From a virus, in IMG/VR virus record IMGVR_UViG_3300032288_004022, positions 1-64,000 of that record: a stretch of 64,000 nt of DNA. The stretch is one strand, 5' to 3'. The translations under genes were made by a program, and so were the position numbers. Positions 20,357 through 29,996 of this stretch are shown piece after piece (positions within the stretch are counted from its first letter, which is position 1; every line of letters begins with the position of its first letter). Below the pieces are notes generated by a model that saw only the letters and a list, made by a program, of their open reading frames with translations, made no database searches and was not told where the DNA came from.

Positions 20357-20685
20357 TGCCTGCCGTTCAAGTTGTAAATTCCACAGGCAACGTTGCATGG
20401 ACCACAGACAAAGTGGAAATTGCAACCACAGCCGCCACAGTTACATTTCAAGTTAGTTTGACACAAACTCAATACATACAGGCCAATGGTGTTCCTGTAA
20501 ATACCAGTATGCCAACTGGCAACTTGTATGCCAACGCTATTGTAGTACCAGGTAACACTGTACAACAGTACTATGTTGGTGCAGGAAACTACTTGAATAT
20601 CGTGTCTGGATCTGGATTTAGTGCCACGGCTCTGGGCACAGCAAGTTCAGCCACTGCTGGCGTCTACGGTTCGACTTCAAGCTGA
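20356..20685 (+). CDS. Small beta-rich virion protein
   Basis: AAGGAG SD; T/V/A-rich composition. Confidence 0.6.
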   Translation: MPAVQVVNSTGNVAWTTDKVEIATTAATVTFQVSLTQTQYIQANGVPVNTSMPTGNLYANAIVVPGNTVQQYYVGAGNYLNIVSGSGFSATALGTASSATAGVYGSTSS

Positions 20686-20686
20686 T

Positions 20687-21067
20687 ATGCGAGCACACGA
20701 ATTCATTGCTGAAGGCAGCCGACCCGGTCGCCGCGCTGAAGCCAGCCACGAATTTGATGTTGCTCACCCTGGTTTGGTTGGTCCTCCAGCTGCTGGTGAC
20801 ACTTATTGGGGACGGTACTATGATTTTTATCGCGTGTCCAGCTTGGCAGGCATGGACCTTGAGCAACTTGAAAGCGCCGACGACATCAGCTTCTTTGGCA
20901 ACCTACCGGTGTTTAGTGCATACACCGAATACGATCGTCGCAAACTCATTGCCATAATGAAAAAGCTGGGCATGAAACCGCAAGAGCATGTCAAGCCTGG
21001 CAGTCACGAGCCAGATTATGTAAACAAAGCAAGCCCACTGCCGGCATTCAAAGGTTACAAAAAGTAA
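20687..21067 (+). CDS. Internal-protein-like paralogue 1 (MRAHEFIAE)
   Basis: Start 20687; shares N- and C-terminal motifs with 21942 and 22334. Confidence 0.7.
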   Translation: MRAHEFIAEGSRPGRRAEASHEFDVAHPGLVGPPAAGDTYWGRYYDFYRVSSLAGMDLEQLESADDISFFGNLPVFSAYTEYDRRKLIAIMKKLGMKPQEHVKPGSHEPDYVNKASPLPAFKGYKK

Positions 21068-21069
21068 TC

Positions 21070-21945
21070 ATGTGTGTAATACTTGCCAAATACTTTGACG
21101 GTATTGGCTGGGCCGGTGCCAAAAATCGAGACCGGAACTACACACCAGCCCTGGACTTCATTGAAGATACTGCCCACGGTGTGGATCGCATGATGATGCA
21201 TGATCAAGTCACTGGTTATCGAGAAGGCATCAACAGTCGCGGCATCAGTATACTGAACACCAGCCTGGACGTGGGCGATGACGAAAGCGAAGTTGAAGCC
21301 GGAACTGCTAACACCAGTCCTGATGGCAAAATCATTGCCGAAGCATTGAGTCACGGCTCGATTCAAGATGCTGTCAAAGTCTTGATCAAACACAAACTGG
21401 GCGGCTGTACCATGGTATTTGATCAGGACGATCTTTACTTGATCGAAGCCAGCGACTGGGACGGCACCCGGCCCTTCAAGTACGTGGTCAAACAGATACC
21501 AAAAAACAAAATGATTGCCAGAACCAACCATGGCATGTGGTTGCAGGATGCAGGCTATCAACGTGATCCCTCAAACAAAAGTCACACACTCAGCAGAATC
21601 AGCAGCGAATCCAGATTGGCCTTGGCCGAAGCTGTGGTAAAAACTGCGCAAAAACCCGAAGATTTGGTAGACGGCATGTGTCAAGTCTACATCAACGATC
21701 CTCAGCTAAATATAATGAGAACCAGTACAGAGCGTAAAAAAATGCGCACCACCAGTCAGCAACTGTGTGTGCCCCAAGAACGAACACTGTACTGTAGACC
21801 GGTCAGCAGCCATTTAGAGTTTGATTTCTGGAACTTGAACAAGCCAGAAAACAATGTTTGGGTAGAGATACTGAGCAATCGAGCACTGTGGCAAAACACC
21901 CGGGGAAATCCCCCGTTTGGTCACATGAATATGAGGGATGTATGA
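21070..21945 (+). CDS. N-terminal-cysteine Ntn hydrolase (NRDE/TANGO2 or C45-like)
   Basis: M-C-V-I start, KNRDR, EGINSRG, RTNHG, SSESR, RTTSQ. Confidence 0.7.
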   Translation: MCVILAKYFDGIGWAGAKNRDRNYTPALDFIEDTAHGVDRMMMHDQVTGYREGINSRGISILNTSLDVGDDESEVEAGTANTSPDGKIIAEALSHGSIQDAVKVLIKHKLGGCTMVFDQDDLYLIEASDWDGTRPFKYVVKQIPKNKMIARTNHGMWLQDAGYQRDPSNKSHTLSRISSESRLALAEAVVKTAQKPEDLVDGMCQVYINDPQLNIMRTSTERKKMRTTSQQLCVPQERTLYCRPVSSHLEFDFWNLNKPENNVWVEILSNRALWQNTRGNPPFGHMNMRDV

Positions 21946-22337
21946 GAGCACGTGAGTTTGTGATGGAAGTCAAGTATGGTGCAGCCGAGGATGTTCCTGC
22001 GGATGCCAAGAAGCTGCCTAAATCTCACGCCAGCGCCATCAAGGGAGCCATCAGCATGCCCGATATCAGCCAAACCAAACAAGGCGGCAGTCCCTATACC
22101 CAATGGCGCTTTGGTATTGCCATGGCCGGTGCACCTGACTACCCCACACCAGCTGCCGGAGCATTTGCCGGTGACCCGCTGTTGGCAACCTACAGCGATG
22201 CTGATTTAAAAATTATCAACAGCGCAGCAAAATCAGTAGGCGCCGGCGAAGTTAAAAAATTAACTGACAACCGCAGTACCGAGGCTGAACATGTACACAA
22301 AGCAAGTCCAGTGAAAGCATTTGGAGGATACAAGTGA
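21942..22337 (+). CDS. Internal-protein-like paralogue 2 (MRAREFVME)
   Basis: ATGA overlap at 21942; WRFGIAMAG; ends HKASPVKAFGGYK. Confidence 0.7.
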   Translation: MRAREFVMEVKYGAAEDVPADAKKLPKSHASAIKGAISMPDISQTKQGGSPYTQWRFGIAMAGAPDYPTPAAGAFAGDPLLATYSDADLKIINSAAKSVGAGEVKKLTDNRSTEAEHVHKASPVKAFGGYK

Positions 22338-22714
22338 GAGCCCGAGAATTTATTACTGAACAAAGAGAGCTGCCGCCTGAGTCTCGAGATCCCATGCGTG
22401 ATACTTATATCCTGCCAGGTCTGAGTTCATCTGACCCTTATCGCAGCTATAGATTTGGCGTGGCCATGGCCCGAGCCCGAAGTGAATATCGCAAGGACAA
22501 TGTTAACCCGCATATATTGCCTTGGTCAGCAGAAACTGCATTTGGTGAACATGCAATTGTTGCTGGTTTTAATCATGGGGTGGCTGACATTATTGATGCG
22601 GCCCTGGAAATGACCGACACCCCGGGTGGCAAACAGGCGGTATCCAGTTTGCCCAGTGCAGAACCTGATTTTGTTGAGACACAAAGCCCGCTAAATAGTT
22701 TCAAAGGATATTAA
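22334..22714 (+). CDS. Internal-protein-like paralogue 3 (MRAREFITE)
   Basis: GTGA overlap, GGAGG SD; YRFGVAMA; ends QSPLNSFKGY. Confidence 0.7.
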   Translation: MRAREFITEQRELPPESRDPMRDTYILPGLSSSDPYRSYRFGVAMARARSEYRKDNVNPHILPWSAETAFGEHAIVAGFNHGVADIIDAALEMTDTPGGKQAVSSLPSAEPDFVETQSPLNSFKGY

Positions 22715-22715
22715 A

Positions 22716-23078
22716 ATGAGAGCCTCCGAAATACTACGCAAACTTGCTGATGTGATTGATGCAAAGTCTGCCCCCGCGCCCACACAACAATCCAGTCAAG
22801 AACCAGCCGCTGGAGGAGATGAGTTGATTCCCACTCCGTATGGTACATTTCTACCACCACTACAAGGCAAGTTTGAATTGCTGAAAAAGGCAGTTGGTGT
22901 AGATAACGTGTACGATGAAAACGTAGGCAACGTGTCTGACGATCCTGAAGCATCAAATCACAAAGTCACACCTATGAGCCCTGAAGAGTCTGAAGCATTG
23001 GCTCGCATGAAAAAAGCCGCGGGCGTGAATGCATTAATCACTAGCGAACTCAGCGACGACGAACCGTTTGACGGTTAA
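22716..23078 (+). CDS. Hypothetical late protein (MRASEIL)
   Basis: TAAATA 22692 plus AAAGGA; contains LARMKKAAG. Confidence 0.65.
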   Translation: MRASEILRKLADVIDAKSAPAPTQQSSQEPAAGGDELIPTPYGTFLPPLQGKFELLKKAVGVDNVYDENVGNVSDDPEASNHKVTPMSPEESEALARMKKAAGVNALITSELSDDEPFDG

Positions 23079-23088
23079 GGAGTCTGCG

Positions 23089-26000
23089 ATGAGTTTTATC
23101 CAGAATCTTTTTACCAGTAGAGACAACAACGCCCAAGGCAATACCTTTGTGGGCCAACAGGATCGTATCTGGTGGAATCCGGATACCAATGCGTTTTATT
23201 ACAGTGACGGCAACACCGCTGGTGGTATTTTAATCACAGGTGGCTCATCAGGCAATGGCACTGTGGGTGGAACAAACACACAGGTTCAGTTCAACAATGC
23301 CGGCAATTTTGCTGGCGACCCAAACTTTACATTCAATTCAGCAAACTCCACACTGAGCATCACCAATATTGTTACCACCAACCCCATTGTGGGCGGTGCT
23401 GGCGGCTCAAACACACAAGTGTTGTTCAACGATGGTGGCAATATTGCTGGTAATGCTCAGTTCACATTCAACAAGGCTTCAAACACACTAACACTAACAG
23501 GATCGGCTCAGCTGGGCAATATATATCCTGTGGCCAACAACACAGCAAACATTGGCAGTGCCACCCAGCGTTTTTATGACTTGTGGCTGGGTTCCGGCAA
23601 CATCAACCTAATTGATGACACACTCAACATCAATCAAGAGATCAATGCAGTCAACGGCAATCTTGTGATCTCTGGGGGCAACGGGCTGGTGTTTGGCCAG
23701 TTTGCCATGTACGGCAACACCATCAAAACAATCAACCCCGCGGCCAACATCAACCTTGGTGTTCCTGGGGACACTGGCTATGTGGACATTGAACGGCCAA
23801 TAGCCATTAACTCCACTGGAGGCGGAGCACCTGCGTTTGTGGTTGAACAAAATGGCACGGTGGAAATTTTCAACGCCAATGCCGCTGCCAATACTTCTGG
23901 TGCCTTGAACATAGTGGGGTCACTTGATCGATCTTATCAAAACGTAACCAATTCGGGTGGTATGATACATATTACCGGTCCTGACAATTCAGCAGCCCGC
24001 ATCACAGTGGATGCCTATGGCACTCAGGGTGGTGTTGGCTCACCAGCTGTGTTGGTGTTTAGATCAGCCAGAGGCAACTCCAATACTCCCACTGCCACAC
24101 AGGCCAACGATACCTTGGCCCGTATATCCGCAGTAGGCTGGGGCAATACACCTGGATTTGGAGCTGGTGCTGGCCTGGCAGCCACAGCCGTAGAATTTGT
24201 AGCGTTAGAAACATTTACACCCACAGCACAAGGCACCAAGATCACATTCAACACAGCCAACATAGGAGCCAATGTTCGCAGTGTCAGTGCCACCATACAG
24301 GCCAATGGCGTCAGCTTTCTTAACAATTCCATAGCCAACTCAGGCATAACCTTCCGCGATGGCACATTCCAAAACACAGCTTATTTGTCAACCAATGTGG
24401 TCAACAGTCTCACAGCCGGCGCAGGCATTGGCCTAAGTGCTTCAACTGGTAACATTACCATACAAAACACCGGTGTACTTGGGGTAAACGGAACCACAAA
24501 TCAAATCAACGTGGGCAACGTGGGCAACGTGCTCACACTGAGTTTGCCGCAGAATTTGAATACCACAGCCAACGTGCAATTGTATTCGTTGACAGTACAA
24601 GACCTTATAGTATTGGGCAATATATCCAACGTTATTCCTTCGGTTGTGGGCGGCAACATCATATATGTGGCCAACACAGCCACCAATATTTCAAGTCTCA
24701 ACAACAGTGGTCTGGTCACAGGTAACATTGGTAACTCGGCCTATGCCGGCATCTTGTACAACAGCACCAGCAACACCTGGGTCATGGACATTGGTAATTC
24801 AGTAGGTATCACCAGCGACACTATCTACACTGGCAATGTTTTTGCCAACGGCAACATACACTTGGGCAACACTGCTGCAGGCGGATACGATTTCCCCAAT
24901 GCACTATTGCAAGGCGATACCAACATAGATGGCTATGGCCAAATGGTGCTGAAAAATCACTCACAAACTGCCAACTCCAGTGCAGACATTGTGGCAGTGG
25001 CCAACAACGGTGATGACAGCAGTTACTACATTGACATGGGCATCAACTCCAACGTATACGCCAATGCCGACTATGCTGTAACAGGATTCAACGATGGTTA
25101 TTTGTATGTGAATGGCGGCAATCTTGTAATCGGTACACAAACTGCTGCCAAAGTCATCAACTTCTTCACCGGAGGCACAGATGACATAAACAACATTCGT
25201 GGTACCATAAACGACACAGGCTTGAGCATGGTAGGCAACGTCACTGCCAACAACATGATCAGTGTAAACGCCACCATAGGCGGCATTGTGAGTGCTATAG
25301 GTAATATCACAGGTGGCAATTTAAATATTCCTGCTGGCATAATCAGTGCCAGCGGCAACCTTACCGCTCTCAATGTCAATACCACTATTGTGAGTGCCAC
25401 AGGCAACATTGTTGGTGGCAATATCAGAACCGCAGGCAGTGTAACTGCCACTGGTAACATCACAGGTGGTAATCTAGTAACCACAGGATTTGCCAATGTT
25501 GGCAATATCACCACTGCCAACATCACAGCTGGTAACATTACATCAGGTATTATTTCTACCACAGGCAACATCAGTGGTCCCAACATCACAGCAACCATAT
25601 TGAGTGTGAGTGCAGCCCTGAACGTGACCGGCAACATCAATGGCGGTAACTTGTTGACAGCAGGTTTGATTTCAACCACCGGAAATGTTACTGCTAATTA
25701 TTTCTTTGGCAACGGATCGCAGCTGACTGGTATTACTACTGCCAGAATTGCCAATGGCACAAGCGAAGTCAACTTGCCTATATCCTCGGGCAATGCCAAC
25801 ATTACCATTGGCGGAACTTCAAACGTAGCTGTGTTCTCAACCACAGGCGAATACATTACGGGTTTACTCAGTGCCACAGGCAATATCACCGGCAACTACT
25901 TTATAGGCAATGGATCAGCACTAACTGGAATTAATGCCTTTGGCAATATATTTGCCAACGGTACAGCAGTGTTGGCCACTACTGGATCATCCGCGCTCAC

Positions 26001-26796
26001 AGTGACTCCAGGCAACAATCAAGTGATCACTGGCAACAACACCAGCAAGACCTTGACCATTGCCGTGAATGATAATCCTTTGTTTGGTAATGTCAGTGTC
26101 ACTGGAAACATCACAGTCAACGGTAACATTCTTACTGCCAATACCACTTATTTGGCCAACGTAGGCAACATCTTGTTCTCAAACATAGCACCATTACCTA
26201 CTGCACAACCGGGTGTGATGGAGTATGATGGTCGCGTGTTATATTTTACTCCACAAGATCAAGAACGCGGTGTAGTTCCCAATCAACAATGGTATGTGCT
26301 CAACACAGATCGCGGACTGACCTATGCATCAACCACGCCACAGAGCTTGTTTGGGGTGGGCGCTCATGTCAGTAACAGCACTAGATATTGGTTCCGTATC
26401 AAAGCCACTGTGAGTCGTGCCACAGGCACAAACAACACAGCCTTTACCTTGGGCTGGCGCGGCACAGCAACACCTGGCACAATAACTTATCTAGTAGACA
26501 GTAGCATTGGTACAGTATCCACCGTCAAAGCCGCTTCTCAGTATGAAGCTGAACTGGTGGCAAACTTTACCAATCAAATAGCCGTGACCGCCACCAGTAA
26601 CCCACCTGACAGTACCACAGTGGTCATAACTGGCATAATTGACGTAGGGGCCGCCGGCGTTGGTTATCTTGATCCCTACATTTCCTGGACCGGTGCTGCC
26701 GCACCTGGATCAGTAACAGTTGAGTCCCTTAGCAGTTTCCAGATCTACCCCATAGGAGTAACAGGTGCCAACACCAGTGTAGGAAACTGGGCATAA
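23089..26796 (+). CDS. Large GN-repeat tail fibre/virion appendage protein
   Basis: GGxNTQVxFNxxG repeats then many GNITGGN repeats; AAGGAG before ATG 23089. Confidence 0.75.
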   Translation: MSFIQNLFTSRDNNAQGNTFVGQQDRIWWNPDTNAFYYSDGNTAGGILITGGSSGNGTVGGTNTQVQFNNAGNFAGDPNFTFNSANSTLSITNIVTTNPIVGGAGGSNTQVLFNDGGNIAGNAQFTFNKASNTLTLTGSAQLGNIYPVANNTANIGSATQRFYDLWLGSGNINLIDDTLNINQEINAVNGNLVISGGNGLVFGQFAMYGNTIKTINPAANINLGVPGDTGYVDIERPIAINSTGGGAPAFVVEQNGTVEIFNANAAANTSGALNIVGSLDRSYQNVTNSGGMIHITGPDNSAARITVDAYGTQGGVGSPAVLVFRSARGNSNTPTATQANDTLARISAVGWGNTPGFGAGAGLAATAVEFVALETFTPTAQGTKITFNTANIGANVRSVSATIQANGVSFLNNSIANSGITFRDGTFQNTAYLSTNVVNSLTAGAGIGLSASTGNITIQNTGVLGVNGTTNQINVGNVGNVLTLSLPQNLNTTANVQLYSLTVQDLIVLGNISNVIPSVVGGNIIYVANTATNISSLNNSGLVTGNIGNSAYAGILYNSTSNTWVMDIGNSVGITSDTIYTGNVFANGNIHLGNTAAGGYDFPNALLQGDTNIDGYGQMVLKNHSQTANSSADIVAVANNGDDSSYYIDMGINSNVYANADYAVTGFNDGYLYVNGGNLVIGTQTAAKVINFFTGGTDDINNIRGTINDTGLSMVGNVTANNMISVNATIGGIVSAIGNITGGNLNIPAGIISASGNLTALNVNTTIVSATGNIVGGNIRTAGSVTATGNITGGNLVTTGFANVGNITTANITAGNITSGIISTTGNISGPNITATILSVSAALNVTGNINGGNLLTAGLISTTGNVTANYFFGNGSQLTGITTARIANGTSEVNLPISSGNANITIGGTSNVAVFSTTGEYITGLLSATGNITGNYFIGNGSALTGINAFGNIFANGTAVLATTGSSALTVTPGNNQVITGNNTSKTLTIAVNDNPLFGNVSVTGNITVNGNILTANTTYLANVGNILFSNIAPLPTAQPGVMEYDGRVLYFTPQDQERGVVPNQQWYVLNTDRGLTYASTTPQSLFGVGAHVSNSTRYWFRIKATVSRATGTNNTAFTLGWRGTATPGTITYLVDSSIGTVSTVKAASQYEAELVANFTNQIAVTATSNPPDSTTVVITGIIDVGAAGVGYLDPYISWTGAAAPGSVTVESLSSFQIYPIGVTGANTSVGNWA

Positions 26797-26816
26797 TAAT
26801 TTTACAGAAAAACAAA

Positions 26817-27251
26817 ATGAAACAACTACTCATAATTTTACTATTCACACCGTTACTGGCCTGGGCACAAAAAACACCGCAAGGGGCAACCTATGACGCA
26901 CAGATTGTTCGCATCAATGACGGCGACACTGTGGTCATAGCAGCACCGTTTTTACCTGCTCCGCTCAAGCCAGAACTGGCCGTTAGAATCTTTGGCGTGG
27001 ACACACCTGAAAAAGGACACAGAGCACAGTGCCCTCAAGAGGACGCTAGAGGCCGAGCCGCCACCGAGTTCACTAAGGGTGCAATTGCAGCCAGCCAAAA
27101 ACGACAGGTCACGCTTTATGCCTGGGACAAGTTCGGTGGTCGTGTCTTGGGTGATATCATTCTAGACGGACGTAGTTTGCGTCAAGGACTCATTGCCAAT
27201 GGATTTGCACGCGAATACTATGGCGACGCCAAAACATCCTGGTGTAATTAA
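26817..27251 (+). CDS. Thermonuclease (SNase-like) with signal peptide
   Basis: INDGDTV, RIFGVDTPE, DKFGGRVLG, GFAREY; N-terminal MKQLLIILLFTPLLAWA. Confidence 0.88.
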   Translation: MKQLLIILLFTPLLAWAQKTPQGATYDAQIVRINDGDTVVIAAPFLPAPLKPELAVRIFGVDTPEKGHRAQCPQEDARGRAATEFTKGAIAASQKRQVTLYAWDKFGGRVLGDIILDGRSLRQGLIANGFAREYYGDAKTSWCN

Positions 27252-27269
27252 AACACCCGTAAATACGGG

Positions 27270-28400
27270 ATGACGAATTTTTACTGTGCGGCCCCATGGC
27301 GTGGGCTGCATATCAATCCACAAGGCAATGTCAAAACATGTTGTGCTGGCAACCCCGACATGCTGGGAAATCTCAATTCAAACGACATTGAAGAAATATT
27401 GAATTGTGACGCCATGAAGGAAATACGCCACAGCATAGCACAAGGCGTGGCACCCAAATATTGCTCAAACTGTGTAAAAGCCGAACGTTTTGGCGCTGAC
27501 TCAGAACGTGCCTGGCACAATAGTGTGAACCCCAACTTTGATTATACCACCGCAGGAGATCAGTATCATTATCCCGTGATCTTTGATGTACGATGGAACA
27601 CCACTTGTAATCTCAGTTGTAATTACTGTGGGCCCAGTTGTTCCAGTAAATGGGCCAGTATCAAAAATCTACAGTTCCGATCAGGTACAAAACCTTACTA
27701 CGAACAAGTGTGTGACTTTCTTGATCAACACCGTGAACACATACACGAAGTTGCCATGGTGGGCGGCGAGCCATTGCTGTTACCCGAAAACGAACGATTG
27801 TTGGACGTCATACCTGAATCTGCTGTTGTTACTTTGATCACAAACATGTCAGTAGATTTACAAAAAAATCGTGTATTTCAAAAACTTGCCCGTCGCCGCA
27901 ATGTAGGCTGGTCAATGAGTTTTGATAATATCGGCGATAGATTTGAATATGTGCGTCACGGTGCTGATTGGCAGTTGTTACAGGACAACTTGCAGACAGT
28001 TAAATATCTCATGCAAAACAACGGACATTGGGGAGGTATACACGCAGTGTACAACATTTACAGTGCCACACGTGTCTGTGAGTTTAGGCAGTTTGCTCAT
28101 GATACTGGCACCACAGTGTTGTGGCAAAATTTATTTCAGCCTAATTATCTTGACCCGTTTTTGCTTGGTACCCAAGTGGCCAAACTAGCCAGTGATGAAA
28201 TTAATCAATTTTATGAAATGGGTATTGCTACACCCATGGAGCGGCAATTTTTTGATCATGCATTAGAAAAATACAAACAAGTAAAAGACAATAATTGGGC
28301 ATCAATACAATTTCAAAAACACATACAAGATAACGAAACAATATTCCATCCCAGCAAGGCCGGGGAGTTTGCACGTTTGTGGCCGGAGTTGGCAGCATGA
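27270..28400 (+). CDS. Radical SAM protein with N-terminal SPASM/twitch-like domain
   Basis: CAAPW...CC...CSNC; CNLSCNYC; GGEPLL. Confidence 0.88.
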   Translation: MTNFYCAAPWRGLHINPQGNVKTCCAGNPDMLGNLNSNDIEEILNCDAMKEIRHSIAQGVAPKYCSNCVKAERFGADSERAWHNSVNPNFDYTTAGDQYHYPVIFDVRWNTTCNLSCNYCGPSCSSKWASIKNLQFRSGTKPYYEQVCDFLDQHREHIHEVAMVGGEPLLLPENERLLDVIPESAVVTLITNMSVDLQKNRVFQKLARRRNVGWSMSFDNIGDRFEYVRHGADWQLLQDNLQTVKYLMQNNGHWGGIHAVYNIYSATRVCEFRQFAHDTGTTVLWQNLFQPNYLDPFLLGTQVAKLASDEINQFYEMGIATPMERQFFDHALEKYKQVKDNNWASIQFQKHIQDNETIFHPSKAGEFARLWPELAA

Positions 28401-29986
28401 TTGGATCCAAAGGAACACTAGACACTGTGCTGGTCAAGGCACCGCACCGTAAGGAAACCTTCACTGAACAAGAACTAGAAGAATTTGCCCGTTGCGCTGA
28501 TCCTGTCAACGGTCCTATGTACTTCTTGGACAATTTTTTCTACATTCAGCATCCCACACGTGGCAAGATGCTGTACCATCCTTTTGAATATCAAAAACGC
28601 CTGATTGAAAATTACCACAACAATCGGTTTAGTATTTCTTTGATGCCACGACAAACAGGCAAGTCAACTTCGGCAGCCGGTTACCTGTTGTGGTATGCCA
28701 TGTTTGTTCCAGACTCAACAATTCTTATTGCTGCACACAAGTATCTTGGCGCACAAGAAATCATGCAGCGCATTCGCTATGCGTATGAGTTGTGTCCCAA
28801 TCATATCAGAGCCGGTGCCACCAGCTACAACAAAGGCAGTTTGGAATTTGACAACGGATCACGTATTGTATCGCAGACCACAACTGAAAACACTGGTCGT
28901 GGTATGAGTATTACCTTGTTGTATCTGGACGAATTTGCGTTTGTACGGCCCACGATTGCCAAAGAGTTCTGGACTTCTATTACACCCACACTGAGCACTG
29001 GTGGTAAGGCAATTATTACCAGTACTCCAAACAGTGATGAGGATCAATTTGCCTATATCTGGAAGGGCGCCAACAAGATTGAAGATGAATATGGGAACCT
29101 TAGACCCAACGGACTTGGCATCAATGGGTTCAAGGCATTCCGTGCATTTTGGCGAGAACATCCCGAACGCGATGAACAGTGGGCTGATGAGCAACGAGCA
29201 CAGCTTGGTGATGAACGTTTTCGCAGAGAAATGGACTGCGAGTTTGTTATCAATGATGAAACCTTGATCTCACCAATAAAATTACTGGAGCTTGAAGGCA
29301 TAGAGCCTATGCGCAAAACTGGGCAAGTTCGCTGGTACAAAGCAATTGACCCAGAAAAAATGTATATTGTTGCTCTAGATCCCAGCCTGGGCACCGGTGG
29401 CGATCCCTCGGCTCTACAAGTGTTTGAAGCTGAAACCACACAGCAGGTAGCTGAGTGGCGCCACAACAGAACCGACATTCCCACGCAGGTAAAAATACTA
29501 GCCGACGTGGTCAAAGAAATACACTCAGTTATCAAAGACAACAAGCGCATTTACTATTCTGTTGAAAACAATACCCTGGGCGAAGCAGCATTGATTTCCA
29601 TTGCAGAGTACGGCGAGGAAAATATTCCAGGATATTTTCTCAGCGACAACTCGGTGGTGGGCACAACTGGGCGCAGATTTCGCAAGGGATTCAACACCAC
29701 AAACAAAGCCAAATTAACCGCTTGCAACAAGTTCAAAATTTTAGTGGAATCGGGCCGCATGAAAATCCACTCAAAACCCTTGCTCAGCGAACTCAAAACT
29801 TTTGTGGCCAACGGAGCCAGTTACGCTGCAAAGATTGGGGAAACTGATGACTTGGTCATGGCCAGCTTGTTGGTAACTAGAATGCTGATTTTGTTGCAAA
29901 GTTATCACACTGAACTAGATGTGCACCTCAAAGATCACTCGGACAACATCATTGAGCCTCTTCCGTTCATTTCAATAATGCGCTAA
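28397..29986 (+). CDS. Terminase large subunit (gp17-like)
   Basis: PRQTGKST, LYLDEFAF, ITSTPN, ALDPSLG, DDLVMA. Confidence 0.95.
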   Translation: MIGSKGTLDTVLVKAPHRKETFTEQELEEFARCADPVNGPMYFLDNFFYIQHPTRGKMLYHPFEYQKRLIENYHNNRFSISLMPRQTGKSTSAAGYLLWYAMFVPDSTILIAAHKYLGAQEIMQRIRYAYELCPNHIRAGATSYNKGSLEFDNGSRIVSQTTTENTGRGMSITLLYLDEFAFVRPTIAKEFWTSITPTLSTGGKAIITSTPNSDEDQFAYIWKGANKIEDEYGNLRPNGLGINGFKAFRAFWREHPERDEQWADEQRAQLGDERFRREMDCEFVINDETLISPIKLLELEGIEPMRKTGQVRWYKAIDPEKMYIVALDPSLGTGGDPSALQVFEAETTQQVAEWRHNRTDIPTQVKILADVVKEIHSVIKDNKRIYYSVENNTLGEAALISIAEYGEENIPGYFLSDNSVVGTTGRRFRKGFNTTNKAKLTACNKFKILVESGRMKIHSKPLLSELKTFVANGASYAAKIGETDDLVMASLLVTRMLILLQSYHTELDVHLKDHSDNIIEPLPFISIMR

Positions 29987-29996
29987 ATATACTACC

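Noticed and set aside
22044-24275. Internal GGAGCC...ATG matches (~22045, ~24266) as extra sRNA targets
   Set aside because: Inside coding regions with no evidence of a gene start
25098-25895. Long antisense ORFs over fibres, terminase and the AAA+ gene
   Set aside because: Shadows of biased codon usage; no RBS or motifs
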